Positions 1-14,187 of a DNA stretch of 64,000 nucleotides are shown here, piece after piece. The position numbers were made by a program, and so were the translations under genes. Origin of the DNA: Mytilus trossulus (lineage: Eukaryota); NCBI RefSeq assembly GCF_036588685.1, contig NC_086373.1, forward strand, positions 88,226,001 to 88,290,000. Reading direction: 5' to 3'. Position 1 is the first letter of the stretch. Each line of letters starts with the position of its first letter. The notes beneath the pieces were generated by a model. The model saw nothing but the letters and a program-made list of their open reading frames with translations, searched no databases and had not been told where the DNA came from.

Positions 1-140
1 TGATTCAGTCCTTTCTTTCCATGGTTGTTGACAATAATTTTGACATTATATTGCAATAGCTACATAATTTAGATAAAGTTTAAGGACGGATTTGAGCCAA
101 AACGACTTATATCTTTAGTACCGATTTCTGAAACTGACAT

Positions 141-1068
141 ACGTTTGGAGGACGTGTTTTTTCAATAGACTGTCAGAATTTCAATAGAAACCAATTGTGC
201 CCCTCTTCTTGTCGATTTGTTTCTTTATTATTATGAGGCTGACTTCATACAGGAACTTCTTAGGAAGAAAGCTAAGAAATGAGCAATATCCTTTAACTTT
301 ACTTTCCGCTATATAGATTATGTTCTCTCACTAAATAATCCAAAATTTGATGACTATGTTGAACGAAACTATCCCATCGAACTAAAGCTAAAGGATACTA
401 CAAATACAGTTAAGTTTGCACTATATCTTCACTCACATCTAGAAATTGACATGAGGTTCGGTTGAAAACAAAACTTCACGACAAAAGAGACAATTCAAGC
501 TTCCCGATTGTAAACTTTCACGTTTCTATGTAGCAACATTCCAGCAGCGCCTTTATACGGAGTACATATCTCCTAAATTGATACGTGTTCCTGGGCTTGT
601 ATTTCCTATCACGATTTGTTTGATAGAGGATTGGTTACAAGGAAGCTATTAAACCAAGAGTTCCAAATGGTAAAGTTTAAATCATCCCATCGTAAATTTT
701 ACGGACACCATCACGAGACGGTTGACCGTTATGGAATTACCGTTTCACAGATGATATCGGATATGTTCGTTAAATAACTACAATCCCCTTCCCTTTTCAC
801 AAATATGACCTACCAAATTATACTATTTACCGGATGTATTATCACATAAGCAACACGACGGGTTTCACACGTGGAGCAGGATCTGCTTACCTTTCCGGAG
901 CACCTGAGATTACCCAGTTTTTGGTGGGGTTCGTGTTGCTAAGTATTTAGTTTTCTATGTTGTGTATTGTGTACTGTTATTTGTCTGTTTGTCTTTTTCT
1001 TCTTTAGCGTTGTCAGTTTATTTTCGCTCTATGAGTTTGACTGTCCCTCTGGTATCTTTTACTCATCC
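141..1068 (+). mobile_element. Degenerate Penelope-like retroelement: RT C-terminal half and 3' tail
   Basis: Frameshifted translation includes FGGRVF, NCAPLLVDLFLYYYEADFIQELL, TFRYIDYVLSLNN (YxDD position), RKLLNQEFQMVK and RYGITVSQMISDMF. Followed by the tail that recurs across the window. Confidence 0.8.
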
Positions 1069-1249
1069 TTTATGAAGCAATATTTTCTTAGTAATATTAC
1101 GCAATGGTTACAAAGTTTACAGTACAATTAAAAGGTCTAACGTTTTTTTAATATTTCGAACAAACCCAAAATTTATTCGAAAATACACTTCAATGATAAG
1201 ACAAATACCCCTTATTCAACTTTAAGGACTAATTCATTTTTTGTACATT

Positions 1250-1640
1250 GTGAAATATTAACATATTTCATTAGTTATTCATGAAAAATGTAGCAATGCA
1301 TTTTTCTTCTTCATTTTCTCTTGAATGCACTAGATGAAGACATGTTAATTTTTTTGTCTTCATGAACGTCCCTGATGAAGGAAAATTCAAGAAAGCGATT
1401 TTGACGCACCGACTTTATGATATATATTGAATTCATTTTCGGTTCAATGTGAAATATTTACAATTTTTTTAGGTAAATTGTAAAACATGATCAACATGCA
1501 CTATTTCATGTAATTTTTTACTAGAATGTACCAATGTAAAGACATCTTCATTTTGCTATGTAGTTGAGTGTTACTGATGAAGGAAAATTAAAGTAAATGA
1601 GTTTGATGCACGAGCTATATAATATATGTTTTGTTTTCTA
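1250..1640 (+). repeat. Diverged ~200-bp tandem repeat with degenerate hammerhead-like cores (second family)
   Basis: cgtcc-CTGATGA-aggaaaattcaa-GAAA-gcgatttt-gacg at ~1367-1407 and a more decayed copy at ~1566-1610. Mirrored at ~38970-39350. Confidence 0.5.
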
Positions 1641-1825
1641 GTACTAAAATGTAAGCTTCATAACCAATAATTACTACTACCTACAGTTTCATCAGCTATG
1701 TAGACAACGTGTAGGAACTGATATGGATTCTGGAATAAATTAACAATTGATAAATTTAGAAAAGTTATGTAACTAATTTTTAAAATTTGTTCTTTTGTGA
1801 ATTTTGGCATTGTTTTACATTATGA

Positions 1826-1995
1826 TAAAATTGAGAATGGAAATGGGGAACGTGTCAAAGAGACAACAACCCGACCAAATAAAAAAAAACAAACAGCAGA
1901 AGGTCACCAACAGGTCTTCAATGTAGCGAGAAATTCCCGCACCCGGAGGCGTCCTTCAGCTGGCCCCTAAACAAATATATACTAGTTATATACGA
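1826..1995 (+). mobile_element. Short interspersed repeat inserted only in the left duplicate
   Basis: Absent at the corresponding position (~38772) of the right copy. Related copies at ~29845-29910 and ~59790-59905 (minus strand). Confidence 0.7.
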
Positions 1996-2471
1996 GTACA
2001 TTTTTATCATATAGATACTGAACTAACAACTTTGGGTTTGAATGTTTCTCATCAAGAATAATACACAAAAGCACTTTATTAAATAAAGGGGAATTGTTTT
2101 CGCATTAAAAACATAGCTTGTCATGCCTAATATATGACTTTTAAAGACAGATTTTGTTTTAAAAGAGGGACGAAAGATACCAAAGGGTCAAACTCATAAA
2201 TAAACTGACAATGCCATGGCTAAGAATAAAAAAGACAAACAGACAAACAATAGAACACATGACACAACATAGAAAACCCCACCAAAAACTAAGGGTGATC
2301 TCAGGTGCTCCGGAAGGTTGAGCAGAACACATGTGGCACGTAACGTTCAATTAACTCGTGATGGCGTCTGTAAAATTTTAAGTGTTTGTTACTTCAAACA
2401 ATTTTTTTTCTTCATTCCAGGTTAATTCCTTAAATGTGCCAGTTTTGTATACTGTACATATGTGTAAATAT

Positions 2472-3580
2472 TAGTGTTGACAACGTTTAATCGGTTAACC
2501 GTCGGAAGGAACGAATATCGAATACCAAAAACGCTAACTGGTTAATCGGACTTTTTTTAAATTTAATAAATTTGATCTAAATGTGTATTGAAATCATTAA
2601 AAAAAATGTGTTCTTTTTAAGAATGATCGTCGTAGTAATTAATTAAACATATCAATTGTCCAGTAGATTGATTGCTTTTGTTTATAAAAAAAACATAAAA
2701 AATAATTAGAACTTAGAGACAACTTGTCTTTTAGCTCGGAGCAAGATCTTAAGTTTCCATAATTAGTATAGAACATGGAATTTTAAATCAGTAAAGCTTC
2801 AGTCACACTGTCACGTTTAAAGAGCTACGCTTAACTTCGTTTTGAAACCGTTGCGAAACGGTAATATACGTAATAAAGCGTATCGAAACGTAGTGATCCT
2901 TTGTTCTAAACTGGACCTGCCCCGTATGTTTTGAATATTCAACAACAAATTGAAACAAAGTAGAAACCTAGTTAATACGTATCAAAGCTTAGCGGAACGC
3001 AACTCAACCTGCTAAAAACGTATAGAAATGTATCAATACTTGGCGAAAACGTGGGTCTACAAGTACTTATACTTCTGAATGTGCAATCTTTATTGTGCAA
3101 GACTTTGTCAAACCTCACTGAAACGAAAGGCTAACTTAAAAATTGTGAAATGAAAACCGATGTGAATGTTATTAAAATATGCTTGATGGTACGAGTAACA
3201 GGCTTAATCATTTAAAATTGAAACACCCCACATTATTTTCTGTGACATCAAGAGAAATGAAAGAATCCTCGATTGCAGACATTTTCGATTCGACGAGACC
3301 AAAAAGTATTTTTATTTTTCAATCTAAAGTTGAGACAAACGCCATAGAAGATACGGTGGTATTGGATTATCAAAAATCAAACTTTTCCAGGAATCATCAC
3401 CAATAATCCTTATAATGTCAAAGGACCATCTTCAATTCATCGAATTATAAAAACGTACATACGTAGGGAACTCTAGATAAGGCATTTAAAAACCATATTG
3501 AACTACCGATTATTCAGTTAATCGGTCGAACGATTATCCGACTATCCGGTTAGGCAAAACTGTACGATTTAACAACACTA
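2472..3580. mobile_element. Non-autonomous hAT-like element
   Basis: Termini tagtgttg...caacacta. 8-bp flanks gtaaatat/acaaatat, matching 7/8 in the duplicate at 37027-38133. Subterminal aatcgg/ccgatt repeats. Confidence 0.6.
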
Positions 3581-4273
3581 ACAAATATGTTTATTTTCTT
3601 AGTTTTTACAACATTTCAATACGTCTCATTGTTAATTTAGAACCAAGGAAAGTCGATTAGAACGTAAATTTCCCAGTCATGATATTTCAAAGCTTGCATT
3701 AACTATCAATATTTTTTTTAAATACACGGAAGCTATCAAACCAAGTGTTCCAAGTGGTATATTTTTCTCGCCATCTCTTTGTTTATTCCGTAAAGTGAAG
3801 GAAATTTCCAGACAACAATGATAATTAATTGGAATTCTTTTTTAATTATATGTGTTTAGATTATTTTTACGAAAATGTGTACTCCTTTTTCTAAACATGA
3901 GCGGCTTTATATGTCTATGAATAAAACAAGCCGAAAAATAAATTAATCTGCTTCAGTTTGGAAGAATTCTATGTTCAACAGAAGAAAGCAAATCGTCACA
4001 ACACATGATCAACATTTCTGGAAGCGTATCAGTATCAGTATTTACTGATGCATTAGCATAATAATGATTGACAATAAACACTTTAATATCTTTCAATGCC
4101 ATTTTACTAAAAGGTAAACATAAACAAATATTACACAAATCTTGTAAACAAAATAAGTGATTTTAACATACAAACTTTACGTTGATATTGTTTTTGTGAT
4201 AATATAATGACAGTACAAAAATACATATTTCTTTTTCTTTAAAGTTCATACAATTTATTCTCGAGATAAGTTG

Positions 4274-4979
4274 CTAACTTTTTGTAATATTTATTTTACT
4301 GAACAGTAGCCCACATGTTTCACAGAACGGTGCCATGCAGCATGATACAAAGATACCAATAACTTTCTGGCAACATCCAGCATAAATTGAGCACGCTCTT
4401 AATCCAGGTGTAAAACACCAAACGTGTCCAAATGTAATTTGTGCAAACGTACATCCCCAATGTAAACCAATACACAGACCGCACAGGGTTGTCAGTAACT
4501 TATAACAACAATTTTTCCCCCCGTTGAAGCACTTATAGCTGAGGTTCCAAACGCAGTCAATGCTATGGGCTCCGTCTGGCTCTCCCAAAACGTCTTCAAA
4601 CATGACCTAAAAATGATTAAAATGGACATTTTATTTTCAATATTTTGAAAGTAATTAAAAGCCATTTAAATATAGTTTTGTTTACGCTTACAGGAAGACG
4701 TGATGCAAGATAAAATACTAAAAAGTATAAATGATCTATTCGTTTGTTCATTTTTATTATTTTGACGATCTGATAAACAGACACCAGAATTCCAATTGAA
4801 ATTTGAAGATGTCTCAAAATTAAAAATGAGATAACAAGAGGAAAAAAGTTTTTCAATTAACATCATTTTCCCTTTAAAAACATCAACATATTTATTACAA
4901 GTCAAGAGGCTGTAAATTTTACCTTAACATGGTCGTTCAAATTTTCAGGATCTCGGTGTACCATATCAAGATCCGCCAT
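4274..4979 (-). CDS. CAV: Caveolin paralog 1 (Cys-rich, 129 aa); exons 4979-4923 and 4606-4274
   Basis: Exon 1 MADLDMVHRDPENLNDHVK then GT. AG then VMFEDVLGEPDGAHSIDCVW...SKINITKS*. Has the caveolin RDP motif and FEDVxxEP signature; 316-bp phase-0 intron. Confidence 0.95.
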
Positions 4980-5951
4980 GATAATTCTGTACGATCTGTG
5001 TATCTCCCAGTTTGTAAATGACTGAATGACTGTGAATGTCCGCTTAAATATATCTTGTATTTTAAAAACAAAAGTAAATTAGAACGGTGCTATGACAATT
5101 TATTAGAGGCTTGGCTATTTGAACTCTTCTCTCTTAAAATGGGCTGGAACTTTTAGAAAAAGGCCGATCTTAAGGTTGTATTTACTGGCTTTGATTGATA
5201 GTAATCTCTCACTGATATTTATCTGATTACTCTTTAAAGTTTTTGATAATTGCGTGTCAGTTACAAAATATTTTTGATAAATTTAAAACACACATTTTTG
5301 AGTATTTAAAAGTAATCAAATACAAGTTATGTTGTCAAGTGGTATTTCAAGGTTTTATATGCTTTTTTTTTTGCGCCGCAGATATACGATAAAGTGTAAA
5401 ATATTCAAAAATGCCTCCCAGTTGACCATAAGGGTTAAATATATATGTATATGAGTTTAACAAATTATAAATTCTGAAGTTGCCCTTAAACAATTGTTGT
5501 TTACACAAACATCGAAAGTGTTTCGGTGATAGGTCGTTATTGCAACCAAAAGTCGATAGTAAAACAATAAGATATTAGAGCTCCAATATCTGTATTACAT
5601 AATAGGAAATGGTCAATTATATCTGAGCATCCTTAAATTATTGACTAAAAATGTTGAACTTTGAAGGGGAAAAGAAACTGTGTTCGAGTTTATGCACACT
5701 TTTTGATAACCTTCCCTTTTTTAGCATTTCTTACTGAATACCAGAAGGTTACACTTTCAACATGATACCCCAATTATCATCGAAATTAGAAAAAAAAACG
5801 TCAATTAATTGTGTCCTTTAAATATTTTCTGTAGGAAGATCAGCTGTCAATCAAAATTAGACATTTTTCCGTGACAACATGGAAGACCAATAGACTATTT
5901 GTGTAACGTTCATTTATTGAAACGATTAAATGGTAACCATGAATACACCAA

Positions 5952-5957
5952 TATAAA
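5952..5957 (+). promoter_or_regulatory. Candidate TATA box of caveolin 2
   Basis: TATAAA about 70 bp upstream of the ATG at 6023. Weak evidence in AT-rich DNA. Confidence 0.3.
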
Positions 5958-6022
5958 GACATACATCACGTATATACAGTAATTCATAAGGAAGAACCCT
6001 TTCTGACTTGTAACGCACCACC

Positions 6023-7172
6023 ATGACTGAAAAAGAAGTTGACTTAGTGATGAGAGATCCAAATGATCTTAACAAACATGTCAGGGTAAGATACACATAT
6101 ATATTGTATATTATATAAACTATGTTTAAACTTGCAGCTTAGTTTTAATTGTTACAATGAGAAAATAAGTTAAAAACGAAAAAAATCACACCTCATAATA
6201 TTTAAACAGTAATTCTAGGTGTATTATAATAGTAATTTCATGATTTTCGCTTCAAAATTTATATAGCTGTATGTTGTTATTTTGATCCAAGATAACTGTC
6301 AATACTATATGTGAATTTCCATGAATTGAGCAATACTAAGAATATTACAGCACAGAAAGGGATGTTATAAAATACATTTATATTGCCCGCATGCAATCAT
6401 GGTATGCTGTCTACTATTTTGAACAAGCAATTGATATTCGATCAACTTATAATTTCACGACATTATACGATTTGGTAATTTTATTAATAAAAAGCATACT
6501 TTCTTGTACATTTTGCGGAAGGGTTCCTTCTTTTTTTTTTTTTTTTTCTATCTAATATCGATTTATTTCAGATAGAAAGTTTTTTCTGATCTGCCAACAC
6601 CTTGTCGTCACAGATGTAAAATAAAATGTACCTTTGTTTCATGCATTATGGAATGAGAATGAAAAAATAAATGATATTATTAACCAATCAAGGCTGAGGG
6701 TATTTAGGCCAAATTTCATTTGTATACTTTCTGTAAGGAGTTTACGAACGTGATACTAGGTTTATATATACAAAAAGTTATAAATCAAATACAATGTTTT
6801 TAAAATTCAATCAATAAAATGATTTAATTTTGATTTAAGGTTAACTTTGAGGATGTTTTGGGGGAACCAGATGGAGCACACAGTATTGACTGCGTATGGA
6901 GCCTCAGCAACAAATGTTTTAACGGAGGAAAGAACTGTTGTTACAAGCTGCTAACAACTCTTTGTGGACTCTGTATAGCTTTGTACTGGGGATGCATGTT
7001 TGCACAGATCACATTTGATCAAGTTTGGTGCGTAACACCTGGGTTACGAACATGTTCAATTTATGCAGGTTGTTGCCAGAAATTTATTGGCATTTTTGTA
7101 CAATGTTGCTTAGCACCAATATGCGAGACATGTGGATTAATTTTCAGCAAAATAAGTATGTCGAAAAATTGA
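6023..7172 (+). CDS. CAV: Caveolin paralog 2 (Cys-rich, 131 aa); exons 6023-6085 and 6840-7172
   Basis: Exon 1 MTEKEVDLVMRDPNDLNKHVR|gtaag. Acceptor ttaag|GTT then VNFEDVLGEPDGAHSIDCVW...SMSKN*. Confidence 0.95.
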
Positions 7173-7850
7173 TGAGACGGTTGGACTGGTATAACGTCTT
7201 GGTAGCTGAATACTGTGATATTTTGAACAATCAAACACTAGTTGTTTTGCTTTATTTATTAAAATAAACTATTCTGAATCATGTTGATGTTTATATCTTT
7301 ATATCTACCATTCATATTCAAATCTTTTGGAAAAAAAGAAAACTCTCGAAAGAGGCTTCCCTCTGTAAAAATGTTAGACCAGGTCCAAAAATAGTTCACC
7401 TTATATAAATAAAGGCAACAGTAGTATATCGATGTTCGAACGTCATAAATCGACTATGAGAAAACACATCTGGGTTACAAATTAAAACGAGGGAAACACT
7501 TCAACTATAAGATGGAAATAACTAAACAACAGAAACACTGATTTGCAATCAAAAACCAACGACAATGCAACACACAAAGAAACGAACTATAAGATAACTT
7601 TTGACATTTTCCTGTCTTGGTACAGGACATTTAAAAAAAATTGGTGGATTGAATCTTATTTTGTATATAGCCAAACCTCGCGCTTTTATGGCAAAGTTGA
7701 ATTTAACACTAAAATTACAACATAACATGACAGGAATGCAGTACAGGTAATTGCAAGAACATTCAGCATAGAGATATATACAAATAAACAATACAATAGT
7801 ACATTTTGACATGCTTATAGTTATCATAGGTACCAGGCTTATAACTTAAT

Positions 7851-7896
7851 ACGCCCGACGAGCGTTTCGTCCTCACAAGACTCATCAGTGACGCTC
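7851..7896 (-). ncRNA. Minimal type I hammerhead ribozyme in a retrozyme-like repeat
   Basis: Minus strand gagcgtca-CTGATGA-gtct tgtga ggac-GAAA-cgctcg-TC-gggcgt. Core intact; one mismatch at the base of stem I. Confidence 0.7.
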
Positions 7897-10800
7897 AGAT
7901 AAAAATAGTAAGTCAAACAAGTACAAAGTTGAAGAGCAATGATGATCCAAAATTTCAAAAGTTGTGCGGTTAAGGTTATCTATGCCTGGGATAAGAAATC
8001 CTCAGTATTTATAATAATTTATACTTGTGCAAACAGTAAATTTATAAAAATGACCATATAATTGATATTCATGTCAACACCGAAGTGCTGATTAACCACA
8101 CAATAAAAACGAACACGTAAAACAACCTAGGACAGCACATAAAAACAGCACAACAGAGCCACGCATTGTCTGTCACACGACTGGATCGACGCCACAAAAG
8201 TGACGTCAGATGTAAATTTCTAAAAAATTGAGATAGTTCAATTTTGAGGTTTGTAATTATGGTATTAAATGTATTTTACAACAATTACAAAACTAATAAT
8301 AAAGAACTGCGTTAGTAATTAGATAATAATTGTATTATCTAGCTATGTCGGTTTTTCTTCTAAATCAAAATGTAAAACAAATAAATAAATCGTTTATTTG
8401 CTTTACACTAAAATCTTATAAATGAACTTGGTGATTAATCATCTTTACTTTTACAAACGAATAGAAAATAAAAATAAAAATTACACAAACGATAAGACAA
8501 TTAACAATATCCGATCAGAGTCACAAAAACAATAATACATTTATGTTGTAAAAACAAATACCGTGAAACTTCTTATAGCAATGCGAATTCACACTCAGCA
8601 AATATCTCAAATTTATATAAAAGTTCACCCAAAACACAAAGGCAATACCGAAAGACGATAAAATTAAATATTTTACTTTCATGTTTTTATTTAGTTTATC
8701 AGTTTAATTTCCGCTGAAACTTATAGTTGATTCTGCATAACAGAAAAACACATAATTAGTATGTCGGATAGAGTTGATTCGTCTTCAGATAAGAGAGAGG
8801 AAAAAGTTACTACCTAATTAAACAATATAAAGTTTTGTGGATAAATATGACATTTTTTTCGAGCCATGACCATAATATTCATAAGTCATGTATTTTCAAG
8901 TGCTTTTTAAATATTGAATGTCACTTTAACCTAATCATAAATTTGAAGAATAGTTCAAACAAACTAATGTCATGTTTAAATTGGAAAATAAAAATTCGCC
9001 TTAAGGATTTTTAGCAAAAAATTAAACATTTGTCTTTTCATTACAAATTTTATTTATTACACTATTAGTTATTACTTTATGATATGGTACAAAAATCAAC
9101 CCAAAAAAATCGATTTTGTTTTGGCCCCAGATGTATAAATATCATTGAAAAAGCTTCAAATTATCTCCCTTTAATGCATAAATGACATATTTTTACATTA
9201 AAATTGAAATATCTTTTTTTAACACATCGGTGACCTATATTTTTTATTATTGTTTTCAAATAAGCTATACATAAACTAAATAATTGTAAAATTTATGCGA
9301 TTTTTGTAATTAGGTTATTTTTTTATTTCGATATTATCTATATTTCTTCTATTTTAGTTTAACAGAAAAAATAGGACACTAACAAAAATGTATGCTTCTT
9401 AGATTGTGAGCTTAAATGCACGGTGACACCAATATTTTAATTTTATTTTTCTATTAGGTAAAGGATAAAGTAAATTTTTTAGAAAAAATTGGCAAAATCC
9501 TATATTAGAAAAAAAAGTTGATTTATACCCACGAGCCTCCTTAATACAAAGGCACTGGATATAATAAAGGCAAAATATACCAATGGAAAAATGCTAAATA
9601 TACCGATGGAAAACTCAAACTCATAAGATAATTAATGTCAAACTCATGTCTTAACCAGGAGCTGGCTTTACCTTTATAAGCGTCATGTAGTAATGAACAC
9701 GTTAGGAGACGAAGGTTCGTCTGGCGTATACAGTTTCAAGCCTGTTACCTTTGATAACGTTTCGTCTCCGAGGGTATCCCAAACCCAGAGATCAGCATTC
9801 CGGTGTTGACATGAATATCGATCATATAATCATTTTTTTTTAAGTATAAATTACTTGAATTAAAACTAAGAATTCTCTTGTCCCAGGCATATATTACCTT
9901 AGTCGCATTTTGCTCATTTGTTTGGAATTTTTGGTTTTCAATATTCGTCTATAACTTAATATTTGTTTGTCTTTCTAACTAATTTGATCTGAACGTCAGA
10001 GATTGGGTATCTTCTTAACAAATTTTGAATTGCATAAATATATGCCTTATCATATATTTGCTATCACTGAATCTACCTATGACTATCTGATTCCGCTATT
10101 CAATCGACTTAATCCTCATTTCATAAACCCCTTTTCTCCGATATAATATTTCTGGTTGCAACATTTTGAATGGGTTCAAATTCACATGACAGGTGATGCA
10201 TGCATACCAGGAGATGCTTAACATGTTATACTTCCGGTCTAGTTCCATTTGAATTTTTTGAGATTCCTTACAATTTCGTTTGTTACCTTCAGTTATGTCT
10301 CAACTTCATTGATTAACTAGAGCTGATCATCGATAAACTTCTGTCGTCTTTATTAAGCAGTATTGGATGTGGTCTAGATGAGGTGTAATTGGTGCGAACA
10401 TACAACTTCTTTAACCCTACCACATGTTTTTCCCGTCGTAAAAGTCAAACTATGTATATACTTTTTATGCTTTGGAATCTGTTGGTAATGGTTGGAACGA
10501 TATTCTTCTGGAATGTTTGGAATTTTAATGCGATTTTATTTTTTTTTTTATAATAATGTAATATTTTAAAGAGGTGAGACTTTAATAAATTATTTGTTGT
10601 TGTTGTTGATGATGTATGTATCTTGAATATCAACTACATGTTTAAGAATTGGTCAACTCATGACAAAAATTGGTCTTTAAAGGTTTGATATATTTACGGG
10701 GGTAATGAATTTATCTGCAAAATGAAGTTATTATGATTCTAATCTAGGAAGCTTGTTTTTGTGTTTCAACTTAACTTGTACATATAATTTAGAATGGACC

Positions 10801-11860
10801 ATCCATGAAATAGTTTAAAGATAAGAGATCTAAATGTCCTTCCTGGAATTTAGTACAGATCATTTGCAATATTTTTGTTCTAATTTAAAGCCCACGGTAA
10901 GTTAAAATGCGACTTATGCATAACATATCCAGCCTACAAAACACAGCAACCGACATAAATGAGACGCACATGCTATGAACAAAAACAAGATTACATTCAT
11001 ATAATGAACCACAACCTCTTAAATATCAATATACATGTAATTGTATAGGAATTCTATCATGAAAGTAATGACTGCATTTTATCAACCCGTTGCCAATGTG
11101 AATTTAGAAAATTGAACAGTAAATTATTTTCTACGGAATCCACATAGGGGCATATTAAAAACAATCTGCTATCTCGGTTTCTTGCAAGAGATTTGGCAAC
11201 TAACTATAGAACTCTATCCTTAAGAAAGCTTTTATATATTAACCAATTAGAATGAGCAAGGTATTGGTGTAATACATCAAGTTCTCTTACTTTTTTTTTA
11301 TAACAAAAAATGAGCAAAAATACTTTGTTCTTACTCTACTATGAATTTAATGATGTATTTGACTAACCAAGTTTTACTGACCAGTCCAACCATCTCTTTC
11401 TTTTTTCTTTGGAAGTAAGTTTTTTTCAGTTTTACCTCTGGGTTTTTTAATCCCATTGACCAATAAATAATACAAAACAAAAATGAGTTTCCTTAAACAG
11501 CGCATACACGCAAAAAAAGGGGTAGGTATTTTCTTTTATATACGATATTTACGATTAAGAGCGTTGTCATCTTGATTATGGTTCTTGACACATTTTAGCG
11601 TATTACATCTAAAATAGTTTCACATTTGTTCAAGTCATAACTATACATTTACATGCAGAAACTTCTGATTTTATTTTCTCTCAGGTTTAAATACCTATCA
11701 TACGATACTCTACATTTTCTTAAACATGAATCAAGCTATTTCAGGTTTAAAAGAAAATAACAACTCTTAATTTGTTTAAAAAAACTTTGTGTGTTTTACT
11801 GTCACGAAAAAACTAAAGTTCAAAAAATAATGACAGAATTAATTTTACAAATGTTTTGTA

Positions 11861-13370
11861 ATGGCGTCGACTATAGACTTGAAATACAGGGATCCAAATG
11901 ACTTGAATGATGAAATACGGGTAAGTTTTAATTGATGAATGAACAAAATTATTTAACCTACAACTGATTTCGATTCTTATATCCATGATTTTTATTTTTT
12001 TCGTATAAACGAAAATAAAAAAAAAACCTAAGGATATGGGGATTGCACCAATGACGCAAAATCTTTACATGTAATGCAAAAAACACAAAAGCAAAGGAAC
12101 AACGCTTTTCATGCTGCTATTCGTCTCAAAGTGATAGTGAGGCCTGCAACAGTGAGAGAAAAAACAAAACTGCCACTTGACTGCAAGTTTACCTCGACCC
12201 CTATTCCCCGGTTTGATCGGATTTATTTGCAGAATAATTCGGATATACTTTGACGATCGGGCCTTTTAAAAAAAGAACCTACTTGAAAGAAGTAAATATT
12301 AAAAAAAAAATGTCCTACGCATATGTTTCAATATCAAACTATGTAGAATATATTTGAGACGTTTAGGTACCTTTGATAACTATTAAGGTATCATATGATG
12401 ACGAAGGACTGTAAATTTACTGACAATTCTGAATAATACACATGTATGAATTAATTCTAAAATTAAGGGCATATATTGTCTGTTTTCCAGATACGATTTA
12501 CATGGGTTGGTGTATCAAAAGATATATAACTCATTACAGTATGAAAGGTAACAGTTCATTCATCACTAACCCCCACCCCTCACCCCCATAAATGTTTGGA
12601 AGTAAATTTAACCTGGATAGGAATGGGGGATAAGAATAGTTGGTGTATGTTTTCTTTTTTTTTTTTAAATAAAAGGCACACACTGATGTGCACTCAAAAG
12701 AGATAATTGGAAATCTCTACTCATGTATCGTTCTATAAGCGAGTGACTATATCGAACGAGACAAAAAAACTTGCATTCCTTAGAATGTTTAATTTATTAG
12801 AAAATGTAATCTTTGTAAAGGTTGTCAAAACAATGTGCTATTACATTTCAGATGAGGTTAATTATCAGCACCAAGAAGCAAGAGTACAAAACTGAAGTTT
12901 TTAGATGTATGACAATTGATGCATGCTTTGCATCACACAAAGTTTTAATTAAAAGCCAAGTAACATAATAGGCCCATTTACCATTAAAGTTATATTTAGT
13001 AAAATTAATTGATTCACTTTGATAATTGCAGATACATTTTAATGAAGTGTTTGGGGAACCCAATTCCATGCACAGCTACGGCTATTTATGGGTGTACTCA
13101 AACCTATGGTATACGTGGATGAAAGATTGCTGCTACGCCACGACAACCTTTTTCTGTGGTATATGTATAGCTTTATATTGGGGATGGATTTTTGGTGAAA
13201 TTGCATGTCAACAAATTTGGTGCTTTACTCCATTGCTAAGAATGATATCAATACAAATTGGATTCTTACAAAAGTGCATAGGATTCACCTTTAACTGTTG
13301 TTGCGCTCCATTGTTTTCAGCTAGTGGTTTATTTTTCAGCTCTATATATGTAACTGAAAGCAACTATTGA
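11861..13370 (+). CDS. CAV: Caveolin paralog 3 (divergent, 132 aa); exons 11861-11920 and 13032-13370
   Basis: Exon 1 MASTIDLKYRDPNDLNDEIR|gtaagt. ttgcag|IHFNEVFGEPNSMHSYGYLW...VTESNY*. Confidence 0.92.
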
Positions 13371-13580
13371 TGCACCGACGATATTTGAACGATATAACAT
13401 TCTATAGTTATTAAACATCTCAATCTTAATTACGCAGTGATTGTGAGTTACATAATAAAAACAGTGATTTAGTAGCAGCAGGCAGACTTATTTGTTTCAA
13501 CGTTCTCATTTCACAATTATACCATTTTATGTATTTGGTTTTACTGTGTTCTTTCAAAGAAATACTGTATTGTAATTAAT

Positions 13581-13698
13581 AGATAAATCCTTGTAACTGT
13601 TTAGTTATATTTCTTCAACACCCCCCCCCCCCCAAAAAAAAAAAAGATAAATCCTTGTAACTGTTTAGTTATATTTCTTCAACACCCCCCCCCCCCCC

Positions 13699-13733
<35 letters not shown>
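13581..13733. repeat. Two-copy tandem duplication ending in poly-C/poly-A
   Basis: agataaatccttgtaactgtttagttatatttcttcaaca-(C)n-(A)n occurs twice. Confidence 0.85.
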
Positions 13734-13736
<3 letters not shown>

Positions 13737-14187
13737 CAAACTAAAACAAACAAACAAACAAAAAACAACAAAAATACCCAAACAAACCCGATCTCTTTCT
13801 ATGCCCCCTTCGAATGAAAATGCGTGAATAACGTGAAATATGCATAAAAAACATGTGTTTTGAAATATTATTTTTTGCACTACGACATATTTCGTATCCT
13901 TGTATCAATAACGGGTTAAAGCTCAATTGTGTAATGCCATGACACATCTGTCCTTTAGCAGTCACTAAAAGAGAAGGTGAAACATATTTAAGTGTAGATA
14001 AATATTGCAGGAACAATCCTTAGACACTCTTTTGGGGGATAAGCTCGACAGCTCCAAACATAAGCTTCGAATTAAAACAATTTAAATATATTTCTTGTCA
14101 CAAACATTTTAAGAAATCGGAAAGAGAGGAAAATTACTTAAATTACTTTAGTTCATAATACTTTGGAACCAGAGGAATCTGTACAAA

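Larger units (their letters stand above)
751..5874. repeat. Inverted segmental duplication, left copy (contains caveolin 1)
   Basis: Reverse complement matches ~34727-39818 through unique and repeat DNA, e.g. acatttttccgtga (5861-5874) vs tcacggaaaaatgt (34727-34740). ORF pairs 3179/37201, 4274/36006 and 4666/35705 correspond. Confidence 0.93.

Noticed and set aside
3179-3406. 75-aa ORF present twice (3179 and 37201)
   Set aside because: It is inside the duplicated hAT-like element with no recognisable domain; at most a transposon remnant.
4617-4905. ORFs 4617, 4666 and 35705 conserved between two loci
   Set aside because: They lie in the caveolin intron; the similarity comes from the recent duplication and the frame breaks between copies.
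13581-13790. Poly-C/poly-A duplication as a retroposed tail
   Set aside because: No TSD or source element is visible; slippage or a consensus artefact around homopolymers is equally likely.
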